Shown one piece after another: positions 27,371-39,100 of a stretch of 64,000 nt of DNA (positions are counted from its first letter, which is position 1; every line of letters starts with the position of its first letter). The notes beneath the pieces are model-generated. The model searched no databases. It was not told the origin of the DNA and saw only the letters and a list, made by a program, of their open reading frames with translations. This DNA comes from Marsupella aquatica (Eukaryota > Plantae > Marchantiophyta), in the NCBI GenBank assembly GCA_973895155.1, contig OZ316898.1:6993079-7057078 (forward strand), written 5' to 3'. Made by a program: the position numbers and the translations under genes.

Positions 27371-30300
27371 CTTTCTCGATTAAAAGATATCATAATCTTG
27401 TCACCGTCACAAACTTAGCCGCTACAAATTGATTTCTTTGATTACGTCACCATTGCTTGTCCACAATGCTTGCTTCCCGGCTTGAATTGTTTGCATCTCT
27501 TAGATAGTCTTCAACTAAAGCTCACTCTAAACACAGGTTGACGCCAAATGCAACCTCTATGTCAAGAAACAATTGTTGGTCTTCCCCTCACACCATAGCT
27601 TTCTTAAATAAAAATAACTACAAATCCTTTGTTTGAAGTGATGGCTCGTTCATTTTGTGTGTTTTTCCCACCAAATTGACAAGCGCTCTTTTGCCAACAG
27701 TTGAGTGTTGTGCTCTAGTCTGTCTTGTGGCGATAATGCACAAGGTAACTCACAAACAATCAATCAAGAATGGTTGAAAGATGATTTCTCTAATGTGTAA
27801 ACAAAACCTATAAGAAAACTCAATTCCTCCACATTCAACCTTCCGTTTGATAAATCTCTATCTTTGAGCATTTGTTTTTGTATGAGCACACACCAACACC
27901 ATTGGGAGACTCAAAACCGTTGGTTACCGCCTTGATGAAAATTGATTTCACTTGATCACACAAACATTCCTTGGATGAACATGGGGGTCCACGGATTAAT
28001 TCATGTTAGAAGTTCTTACAATGAGGTTTAGAGTATATAACTCAGTTCTCATGTACTAAGGAATGAAATGGAGTTCCATTGTAAATCCCAGGATTAGTCT
28101 ACCATTGTTGGGTGTTCGACAACATTGCCAAATATGGGTTCACGGGGATTGTGTTGCTTCTTGCCCCCTTTTGTGGGATTTTTGCGATCTACTATAAACA
28201 TACAAATATTCTTGAGGAAAAAATTGAATTAATTTTTCTTTTGCTCATTGAACAAACTACTTGAGGCGCTAGAGTAAACTGTGAAGAGCTTAGTCTATAT
28301 AATTTTATTACCATGAACGCCAGATAAGGCATACAAATACCTAAACATACCTTACATATTTTATGGTTTTTTATTGAACTAAAAAAAATGGTTAAAGTGA
28401 CTAGCTTGAGGGAAAAGGATATTTGGAGAATACAACTAATGTTTGCAATCAATGCTTATCAGGTTGGTACATGGTATCCTTGGACAAAAATGTACAGAGG
28501 TGGTGCTTTGACAAGGTACTTTTGGAGAGGTGAACAAAAATGATGATCTGACATGGTATTTTTGGAGACAAGTGTAACAAATAGTATCCAAGCATATATG
28601 TATGTTTGAGTCAAGTCCATCCAAGTTTAGTTTGTCCATGGGGGCTTCATAGACAACATATGAGTCCATCCAGACTTTAAGTTCATCATTTTCATCCCCC
28701 ATTATGAGTTAAAAGTGTATTTGGATACAGTCATTGCATTATTCACATACCGGTCACACCAGCATTCAAGTTGGGAAGTGAGGGCCACTTTACAAGACGG
28801 GCGCGGCAATTTAGTCCCTCTTTTTTCACGATCGAATCAATCACAACCGTTGTTTCAATCTGCCCGGGCGCTCCTTGCTTTAGAAGACTGGCGCGGCAAG
28901 TTGAGCTGCGGGAATAACCGAACCTGCATTCTGGTATGGATCAGCTCTGGCCAGCCGGCTTGGGACTCTCATCCGGGCGCTAGACTATCGGACCTCTGGA
29001 GGTGCGAAAATGGGCAGCCCGCTTCCTCCTAGGATTCCTGCCTTGGATTGGTCTAGAGTCCTACCTGTTAGATATTGCTCTAGTCTTGTGACTCTTGTGC
29101 TAACCACAGTTAGGCTAACTCGGGTTAGGACCTAGCTAAGGTTAGCGGTAGTGTTGTTGTGCATATAGCCAGGGCTGATGCCAGACCCTGGTGGAACTTA
29201 GGCTCATTGTTATGGAGCTAGTTGAGAGATAGGGAGAGCTTGTGCTGTGGATGCTTGGTATGGCCGGTCGGCCTAGAGTGCAGTAAAGCTCTTGTGTGTT
29301 CCCGTGGACGTAGCCTCATGTGGAGGTGAACCACGTATCTCTCTGTGTCGACTCTTGTGCGTTGGATGGTTCATGGGCTTGCCGTTGCGAATGTCGTCTA
29401 TGCTCAACAAGTGGTATTAGAGCATGCCTGGGAGGTGACGAGGTTTTTTCGTGACAGGTTTTTCCAGCGTTCATTGTCGATGGTACATTCAGAGTTTTGT
29501 CGCATGAAACTCGATTGTGTGTGGCTGAGCGGATAGGTTAGTGAGAGGGCATTCTAATGGTGGTTAGAGCTCGCTGATCGGTATCCGTGGTGCGGAGGAA
29601 TTGAAGTTTGCGTCGTTCAGGGTTTATTCGTGTTCGACGGTATTTCGGGGGAGAAACCAGAGATCGTTTCTTCAACGGTGTGAGTTGTGCGGTGTGCGGG
29701 GCGTCGCATGTGATAGTTCAAGTTGAAGGTTGGAGCGTGCTGGTCGTTTTGGTATCTAGTTTGCTGACGTTTGCGGAACGAGTGCGTCGTGACGAGTGAA
29801 GGAGGCGTTCTGGTTTTTTGACAAGCTATGGTGCTTGTTTTTCCCTGAACCGGATTACTCGTCGTGACGCTTGACTCGGAGGAAGAAACGCGAAGTGCGG
29901 AGGCTCAACGGAGAGATCATGGCGAGACGGCCGTTTTGAGTCCGGGATTGGCACTTGACGCGGAGTGAAGGCGACGCAACAGAAGTTCTTTCTCTGGTGG
30001 AGCTTCAGACCTGCCGGTGCAATTCGGAAACATTTCCATGTCGGCGGTCATCACTTTTCTCATTGGAAACCAAAGCGGAGGCGGCTGAGGTTTGTAACAC
30101 GGCCTTTGTGTCATTTTGGGCACATTTTTAAGGTTAGTTTAGGGCATTTTTTGCCCCAATACGGCCCCAATACCCAACAAACCAGGTTCGCCATACACCC
30201 CGGCGCGCACACCGGCCCTTCAAGCGTGAAAACGTGCTTTTTTGGGCCCAAATACGGCCAAAAACGCCCATATACGGCCCAAAAACGCGAAAATACGCGT

Positions 30301-30909
30301 GTTTTGACCCCTTTAAACCCATTTTTTTCACGTTTTTTGCTGTTTATACGCGATTCTGGCCGCGAATACGCGCGCCTTTGCCAGGGGCTTTAAGACCCCT
30401 TTAGAGTGTGTTTTTCTGAAAATTTTTTCTCTCCTCCTCCTCATTGGTTGTGCCTCATCCCGGGCCCTGTGACCCTCCGTTTTAACCGCTCCGACAGGGG
30501 GAACGGCCCCCTGTGAGCCCTGTTGGACTGTGCGGGAATATTCCCGAAAAACAGAGAGCTGTTTTTTGGCCGTCACACAAAGATTCCGTTTGCCACACGG
30601 TAACTTTTTTGGTTCTTTTTTGGTGAGGACGTTGCCACTGGAGTTAGCAACGCGGCGCACCGATCACATCGCGATTCCGACGACAGGTTGTACTTGGTAT
30701 TTTGGTTATTCTCCGAGGTGGTCAAAACGGGGAAGTTTCCCAAGGTTTTACCCACCCCGACCGAAATTTGAATAACTTTTCCGTCGAATTTTGATTTTGA
30801 TTTCGGATTTCAGTATTGGACTCCTAGCTTCGTGGGCTACGCGGCGGTGTTGAATTTTGAGTTTTATGAGAAGTTTCAAAAAAAGACGTTTTTTTCGTGA
30901 TTGTTTCAT

Positions 30910-31947
30910 ATGAGTGACTCGGAGGATACTGGAAGAATTGGCGTCGGTGGAGCTTCAGGATTGCGACGGTCAGAGCTGCTACCGTTTGAGGAGGAACTTA
31001 TAACACCGGTACGATCACCGGTGCGGCGTGCAGTGGAGGAAGCTGTGTTACTACCAGAGCTGTCGGTAGTAGGGAAGAAGAGGGAGATGGCTAGATTTGG
31101 AGGAGTGAAGTTTGAGGTGGAGAAGTACGATGGTCGTACTGATTACTTGCTCTGGGAGAAGCAAGTGAAGGGTGTCCTACGGGCCATGGGCTTAGCTCAT
31201 CTGCTTTCATCGTGAGAGCAGTATGATGGAGAGGAGGAGATTTCAGTGAGGCAATGGAGACAGGAGCAGGTGATTGCTGTCAATGCAGTGATGCTATATC
31301 TCAAGCCGCACATCATCAAGCAGCTGGATGATTATACGGATTGCGCGTCACTGTTCAAGGCTCTAAGAGAGAAGTACTACCGGGAAGGTGCGTCAGACCG
31401 GCTGTACAAGAAGTCTCTCTTGATGAGCCTTAGGCTCAAGGAAGGGAGCAAGATGCAGGATCACCTGGATGAGTTTGACAGTCTAGCGGTTGATCTGTCA
31501 AACCTGGAAAAAGGAGTTGAAGATGAGGATAAGGTCTTGCTTCTGCTAAGCTCCTTACCGCCGTCATATCAGGGCTTGAAACAGGTGCTCTTGTACAGAG
31601 ATCTGAAGTCCATTTTGTATAATGAGGTGGTAAGCTCTTTACTGTCTGATGATGCTCAGAAGAAGCTGGGTCAATCACAGACAACATCTTCTTCTGGCAC
31701 TACGCTCAATGTGAACAGGGGAAGAGCAATGCAGCGCACGAATGGGCAGAATAGGTTTAGATCTACATCACGGGGGAGATCTAAATCCAGAGGAAAATTG
31801 CAAGAGAGGAAGCCTCTTGCATGTTGGAATTGTGGCAAGCCAGGCCACATGAAAAGGGATTGTCGAGTAAAGGTCCCTACTGCCTCTGCTAACGCAGCAT
31901 CGAGCTCGCATGAGGTAGATTTACTCGATGATGATGACATATTGTGA
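30910..31947 (+). pseudogene. gag: copia gag (copy 2); one private stop
   Basis: Homologous to 8771-9826. TGA 31213-31215 is CGA in copy 1. Zinc knuckle CWNCGKPGHMKRDC; ends at TGA 31945-31947. Confidence 0.92.
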
Positions 31948-34900
31948 TGTCAAGGTTATGCTCTCAACGTAGTGTCAAATCCAGGTAGTGATGACTGGAT
32001 TCTAGATAGTGCATGTACTTTTTACATTTGCTCTAAAAGAGATTGTTTCAGTTCTTACACGGTTTCCAACGGGTCAGTGTTTATGGGAAATGGAATCCCA
32101 TGTCAAGTTGTTGGACTTGGATCTGTAAGATTTCAGATGTTTGATGGTGCTGTGAGAACATTGAGGAATGTGAGACATATTCCCAGCATGATGAAAAATC
32201 TCATTTCACTTGGGGTTTTAGAGGCAAATGGCCATCAGTGGAGTTCTACTAATGGTGTCCTTCAGGTTTCAACTGGTACTAAAGTTGTATTGAAGGGAAA
32301 GAGACATTGCAATCTATACGTTATGGAGGGCAGTGTAGTCTATGATGAAGCCAATGTAACCTTATCTCATGAGGAGACGGCCCGGCTGTGACACTTCCGT
32401 TTGGGCCACATGAGTGAAAAAGGTTTGGTTATTCTTTAGAAGAAAGGATTACTTTCTAATTTGCAATCTTGTAAGTTGGAATTTTGTGAGCACTGTGTGC
32501 TAGGGAAGCAGCACAGGAAACCCTTCGGAGTTGGAACTCACACCAGCAAGGAGGTACTTGAGTATGTACACAGTGATGTGTGGGGTCCAGCCCCTACTCC
32601 CTCACATTCTGGACGGTTATACTATGTCACGTTCATTGACGATTACTCAAGGTATGTGTGGATATACTTTCTACACAATAAGTCTGATGTTTTTGCCACT
32701 TTTAAGGAGTGGAAAGCCCAAGTTGAAAATCAGACTGGTAATAAGGTGAGATATCTTCGATCGGATAATGACGGTGAATACAATTCCGGTGAATTTGGAA
32801 CGTATTGTAAGGAGCAGGGGATTACCCGCCATCTCACAACAAGCTATACTCCTCAACAGAATGTTGTTTTTGAGAGACTCAACCGAACACTATTGGACTG
32901 CTCGAGGAGTATGTTGAGTCAATCATGCTTACCACATGAGTTTTGGGCTGAAACTGTCAACACTACAGCTTATTTGGTAAATTTTTCTCCATCCAGTTCT
33001 ATTGGATTCAAGACGCCATTTGAAATGAGGTACGGGCGTCCAGCAGATTACTCACATCTGAGGATTTTTGGATGTGATGCTTATGTGCTTACACCTTCCC
33101 AGCTTCGATCCAAGCTGGAGTCCAAGTCGAAGAAGTGCATTTTCCTTGGTTATCAGAAAGGTGTGAAGGGTTATAGGTTATGGGATCCAGTAACCTGTAA
33201 GCTAATTGTCAGTAGAGATGTGTCCTTTAATGAATCCAGATCATCAAAGGAGGGGGAGAGTTCTCAAGACTCCCCATACTGACAAGGGGAAATCTCCCAT
33301 CCCGGACCGGGTTGAGGGGGAGATTAGTCATGATGCAGTTCATGACAGGAGAGATGGAGAAGCTTCGGGCTTGGAGCTGGTTCCTGTGATGGAACAAGAG
33401 GAGAAAATTGTTGCTGGGGTACCTCAAATTCAACCAGCAGCAGCAATAGATCAGCCTGAGTCATCTACTAGAAGAACTTCCAATCGTTCCACTATAGCTC
33501 CTACCAGGTATGGTCAATGGGCAGACTCATCTAAGCTAGATGATATTGACATTGCACCTGATGAAGATGACATGGCTTTGATCTTGGAAGAAGGAGAGCC
33601 TTCTTCGTACAGTGAGGCTTGTGCTTCAGAGCAGAAGCATGAGTGGAATGCAGCAATGCAGAGGGAGTTGCAATCTTTGAGTGACAACAAGACATGGGAG
33701 CTGGTGGAGCTTCCAAGAGGTCAACAAGTGGTGGACAACAAGTGGATTTACAAGTTGAAAGACAGTCCTTCAGAGGGTGGAGATAAGATCTACAAGGCAA
33801 GGCTTGTTGCCAAGGGGTTCACTCAGGAGAAAGGAGTGGATTACAATGAGGTCTTTTCACCGATGGCTAAGTATTCCACAATTCGGATCTTGTGTCAGCT
33901 TGTTGTGTTTTTTAATCTGGTGATGGATCAGATGGATGTTTTTACTGCTTTTCTTTATGGCAACTTGGAAGAGATGATCTTCATGAGACAGCCACTAGGC
34001 TTTAAGAAGGGCCAAGAGAACTTAGTTTGCAGATTGCTCAAATCCTTGTATGGATTGAAGCAGTCTCCCAGACAGTGGAACAAGCGGTTTGATGATTTCA
34101 TGCTTGCTCAAGGTTTTACAAGGATGGTGTATGATCCTTGTGTGTATACAAAATCAGTCAAGAATGATGTATTTGGTTTCATCATTCTGGTGATCTATGT
34201 GGATGACATGCTAATTGTGGCTAAAGATCAATCTGAGGTTGACAGTCTCAAGGCAAAATTGAGCGCTGAATTTGGGATGAAGGATCTTGGTAAGGCCAAG
34301 AGGATCTTAGGGATGGAGATTTTTAGGAACTCTGAGACTGGACAGTTGTGCTTGAGTCAAGGCCAGTATGCGAGGAAAGTACTTGCACGATTCAACATGG
34401 AGAATTGTAAGCCAATGAGTATTCCTTTAGCTTCACATTTCAAGTTATCATCGGCTTTCTCTCCTACGGATGCTGTGGAGAAAGGTCTGATGGCCAAGAT
34501 TCCTTATGAGAAGGCAATAGGCAGTCTGATGTATTTGATGACTTGTACTAGGCCTGACTTGGCCCTAGCGATGGGCAAGGTTAGCAGATTCATGTCAAAT
34601 CCAGGGAAGGTACATTGGGAAGCTGTGAAATGGATTCTCAGGTATGTGAAGGGAACACAGGACTATGGATTACTATTTGATAACAGATCAAATAGAACGT
34701 TAGTTGGCTATGTAGATTCTGACTATGGAGACTGTCTGGATACAAGGAGATCTACAACTGGGTTTGTATACACTCTTGGAGGAGGATGTATCAGTTGGAA
34801 ATCTACCTTGCAGAAGTGCATATCTCAGTCTACTACATAAGCAGAGTATGTTGCAGCAGCAGAAGCAGCAAAGGAAGCAATTTGGTTGGATAAGTTGATC

Positions 34901-35164
34901 GCGGAGATGGGTTTAGAGCATGGAAAAATAACTCTAAACTGTGATAGTCAGAGTGCTCTTCACTTGGCTGCTAACCAGGTGATGGATAGCAGGGTGAAGC
35001 ACATTGATATCAGGTACCATTTTATTAGGCAAACAGTGTCTGATAAAACTTTTGAGCTAGTCAAGATTGATGGAAAGCTCAATCCCGCTGATGCCTTTAC
35101 CAAAGTGATTCCTTTGGAGAGTTTCTCAAGACATTGTGCTACTTTGCAGGTTTTGCAGTTGTAG
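31948..35164 (+). pseudogene. pol: copia pol (copy 2)
   Basis: Same domains as copy 1. Stops at 32389, 32437 and 34838, and a +1 frameshift in the C-run 33272-33275. Confidence 0.95.
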
Positions 35165-35956
35165 TGCAAGTAGAGTTATTTAGCAATGTGTGACTATTTG
35201 TATATGGATTACTCATTCCTGTTAGGCTACAGCTTAGTTCTAGTTAACCCTTAGTTAACCCTTGTGGTTTTTAGGGGGAGACCTGGTTTGGTGATTGTCT
35301 AGAACTTCCCGCTGAGGATTCCATATGGTAGCATTTAGTCCAGTCCCCAAGACAAGAGTCAAGGGGGAGTTTGTTAGATATTGCTCTAGTCTTGTGACTC
35401 TTGTGCTAACCACAGTTAGGCTAACTCGGGTTAGGACCTAGCTAAGGTTAGCGGTAGTGTTGTTGTGCATATAGCCAGGGCTGATGCCAGACCCTGGTGG
35501 AACTTAGGCTCATTGTAATGGAGCTAGTTGAGAGATAGGGAGAGCTTGTGCTGTGGATGCTTGGTATGGCCGGTCGGCCTAGAGTGCAGTAAAGCTCTTG
35601 TGTGTTCCCGTGGACGTAGCCTCATGTGGAGGTGAACCACGTATCTCTCTGTGTCGACTATTGTGCGTTGGATGGTTCATGGGCTTGCCGTTGCGAATGT
35701 CGTCTATGCTCAACACTACCGTACCACTAAGAGTTGGGCTCTGTTACAGCCCTGGTAGAAAGCACTCAAATTGCCGCGCCCGTCTTGTAAAGTGGCCCTG
35801 AGTTACCATGGTGAAATGTACAGAATGACTGGAGGTTGCCGATGGGGTACCACAATAAAAGTTTGATCAAGGCTGTCTATATCCCTATACAAGATATATA
35901 ATCTCTCTATATCTCAATCCAGCATACACAAATCAACATGAGAGTTATATTGATGT

Positions 35957-36127
35957 TTGGGCTACTTTCTGGCTTTTTGGCTCTTGGGTTCTGACTCTTG
36001 GGTTTGGGTCTTGGGTTTGGGTCTTGGGGTTCTCCCTTTGTTTTCCCCCTTTATTGGGTTTTTGGCCTTTGGGAGCATGTGTCCCGGTAAGGCATTTTTG
36101 TTACTTTGCTATTTTATGTATATCAAA
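35957..36127 (+). repeat. Dispersed ~150-170-bp repeat resembling a LINE/SINE 3' tail
   Basis: ttccccctttattgggtttttggccttt...tcccggtaaggcatttt...tatgtatatcaaa is homologous to 62711-62862. Weaker reverse-strand copies at ~5690-5830 and ~26230-26410. Confidence 0.6.
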
Positions 36128-39100
36128 CCAGGTGATCTTCATATACTCAAGATCTGGTGGAGTCCTACACTCCTCCAGTCAAGGAGTCCTACACTACTCC
36201 AGTCAAGTCACAGTCATTACCAAATCCGACTACACATCAATCCTATCACCCAGCTCATTTTCAACAAACATCTACTCAAGATCTGGCGAAGTCGTACACT
36301 ACTCCGGTCAAGTCCGGCGAGCCCTATAAAACCCCACCTCGTATAGTCGTATCCGGTATCCCTGAGTCACTCCCACGGAAGCACACCGTCGGCAAGTCAG
36401 ACGTCAGTCGAGTCAAACTTCTCCGTGTACTACTGTAGGACCAGGGTTCAGAATCTGGTTTAGATCTGATGCGCCCCACGTGGATGAAACAGTTTAGCAA
36501 CATAGTCACGACACTTCCCCTTGCAACCGACACGATAATGTACCCTACGTCAGGACGACGTAGTAAGCACACGAGACATACATTCGTAGTGTAAACATCG
36601 GCGCGGTAGATCAGTGTTTCTCTGAACACGGCCTCCAACACTTAGCTGTTTTCTGAGCACCACTAAAGGACTGTAGCTCCATTTGCTTGCTGGATATCTT
36701 TTGGCGGTGATATATACACTACAGTAAAATAATGTAGAGAGCTTAGGGAGCATCAAGTTAGCACGAAAACTATATTCCAGTAGTAATTAAAATTAAAATT
36801 GTCAGTTCATAGTACTGCACTCGCAACCGGGTGTTGGTGAATGTTGGTGAATTTTACCTCCACCTCCAATACTCTCCAGCCACAGCGTAGATTTTAGGGG
36901 ATGATTCACTAAGAGATGAGTGCATATTCTAGCTTTAGCTTGTATTCCGTTTTGACGTTCAGCCTAAAGGAAAGTGTTTCCCCCCAAACCGAGCTGTTGC
37001 AACTAAAAAGTTGCCCACGGTGTGCATAATTATGTAGCCCCCTCCATGTACTCCAATTCAAATAGCGAGGGCAGAATTCTGTTTGCGTTTCTTTCAAGCA
37101 AAGACACCTGCGCCAAGTGTCTGAATTTAAGGACATTAACAGTAGCTCCCTACTTAAGGAAGACGTTTCAGATCAATTTGTTCTCGTGTAGTCATACGAG
37201 CATCCCCATCCTGACCTGGACAATCTTAAATCTTTGTTGCGACTTCCTTGCCAAAAGCATTTTACATGCTCCCCCGTCTCTCGCCATTTCAAAAACAGGG
37301 GCCCAGCACACAAGATGGTGCCTCCGGCGCTTCTGGTAAGTTTGAGCTCCAGCATCTCGCCAGTATATTGCACTGTTGCTGGACACCTGGATGGCCACGG
37401 TAAGACTGAAAATAGTAGCACTGAAAATGGGGCATGGTAGCACTGACATGGTTACGTTGACCGATGTGGCTGTCCTCTAGATGCTCCTCATCTTTCTTGC
37501 TTGGCCCGAGGTCAAAATCACCATTCACCCAAATAGCTACAGTAGTGGTGAAACTGGCAACAGGTGACGACAGTGGAGAGTCCACCTTTGGGGTCCACTA
37601 TGAAGCCCAACATGAAATTATGGGCTGCAAGCTAGTACTGATTTTGGGTAAAGAGTAAAGATGAGGATGAGATATCGATACAAGGATCATATTTTGGGTT
37701 CTCGAAAAGTGAAGAGACGGGACAAGTTGATTGTCTGATTTTGGCTATTGTCTAGACAGTACATACTGAGCATCAAGGATATTGACAGACTAACAGGCAT
37801 GGAGTTAGAATTATACTTTTGACTTAATACATTTGTGGTTTGTGGCGTTTCATGGAGTGAATAGACGATGATGGAATTTTTGCCAGCGAGCACAATTGTG
37901 GGATCACGATGAATTATACTAAGCATGATTCAGTGAGCCAGACTGAGCTAGACTGAGCCGGTCTGTGAGGTTCAGAAGTCTTGATTTATCCTGCCTCGGA
38001 GAAATTCATCAGCGCCACACGTATCGGTGTGTTCCCTTCGGCTGGCCCAATCCAATTTGAAGTAAATTATTTTGACGACTGTATCATTGAGTTTAGTCTG
38101 GAATTTGGCAGATTTCACTTCTTTGGTTTCTTCTCGATATATTTATTGAAGTTCACACGTTGCAATTTATCTTTTGGCCCCTTGTTTGTGTGTCTCAAAA
38201 GTTTTCTCCACAACAGAGGACCAATTATTGCTTCCTTCGTTTACTTGTTGATGGGATTCCTTCTCTCGATCAATACACGACACGCAATTGTCAGCAATCC
38301 CATCTGGGCTTTGCTTTGATCCAAATCCACGGCGGAAGTACTGTGTAAGCTTAGAATTCAGAAGAAATGCCTGGCTGGGACCCTCAATGTTCGATTTAGA
38401 GCAACGCGTAGCCGCAGAACCCATCCAGGTGATCGAGCAGTTGGTTGTCCCCCTGACCCAGGCCTGCTTCCACGCTTTGGACACAATTGGATGGCAGCCC
38501 TGTGTAGAGGTTGGACAAGGCAGTCTTCCGTATCTTTTGCTCTGTTTCTCCGGTAAACTGCACTCCTATTCCTGCGATGCACAGTAGGCAATAATTTGCT
38601 CGTGCTCAATTCGCCACCTCTGAATTTGTGTCATAAGCAAGCACGCGGTTTCAATTCCCGCGTTCATAGAAGCTCGGCCCTTCTCTGCAACTGATGGGAA
38701 GTGCAAGTTGGCGCTCAGACAGGGATGCTTGCGCACCACGATCATCACGTTCCTATTGAAAAGTTTCGAATTGGACTAGTGTCCATGTATGTAGTTCATC
38801 AACTTTATGCACTAGAGCTTGGACTTATGCTTCTCTATTGGCTTCACTTTACAATTCATCATAAACCCTAAAACTTGGCTTTTCTTATAGTTAGATTTCA
38901 ATTAGGTTTAGGTCATAAACCCTAAACCCTAAACTAAGCTGATCTTTGTGCTTTGTCAGTCAGAAAAGAGTTTGAACCAGGCCATGTTGTGATGATAATC
39001 TTCTTAAGAATTAGAGCAATTGGGGGAGGTGGCTATTTTGTCCTCCAGCACTTTGGATGAGAGGTCTAAATGGGCATCCCAAACATGGACACATCAAGCA

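Larger units (their letters stand above)
29066..35715 (+). mobile_element. Full-length Ty1/copia LTR retrotransposon, copy 2 (same family, younger, defective)
   Basis: 344-bp LTRs 29066-29409 and 35372-35715 (2 mismatches by eye). TSD CTACC (29061-29065 / 35716-35720). PBS TGGTATTAGAGC 29412-29423 (one C>T); PPT AAGGGGGAG 35361-35369. Confidence 0.98.
28782..35798. mobile_element. PIF/Harbinger-type (Tourist-like) MITE, ~362 bp, split by copia copy 2
   Basis: Perfect 31-bp TIRs GGGCCACTTTACAAGACGGGCGCGGCAATTT (28782-28812; reverse complement 35768-35798). 3-bp TSD TGA (28779-28781 / 35799-35801). Confidence 0.9.

Noticed and set aside
27400-28700. Helitron or hAT protein remnant (ICYTC...KVP)
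   Set aside because: The resemblance is too weak and fragmentary to support without a search.
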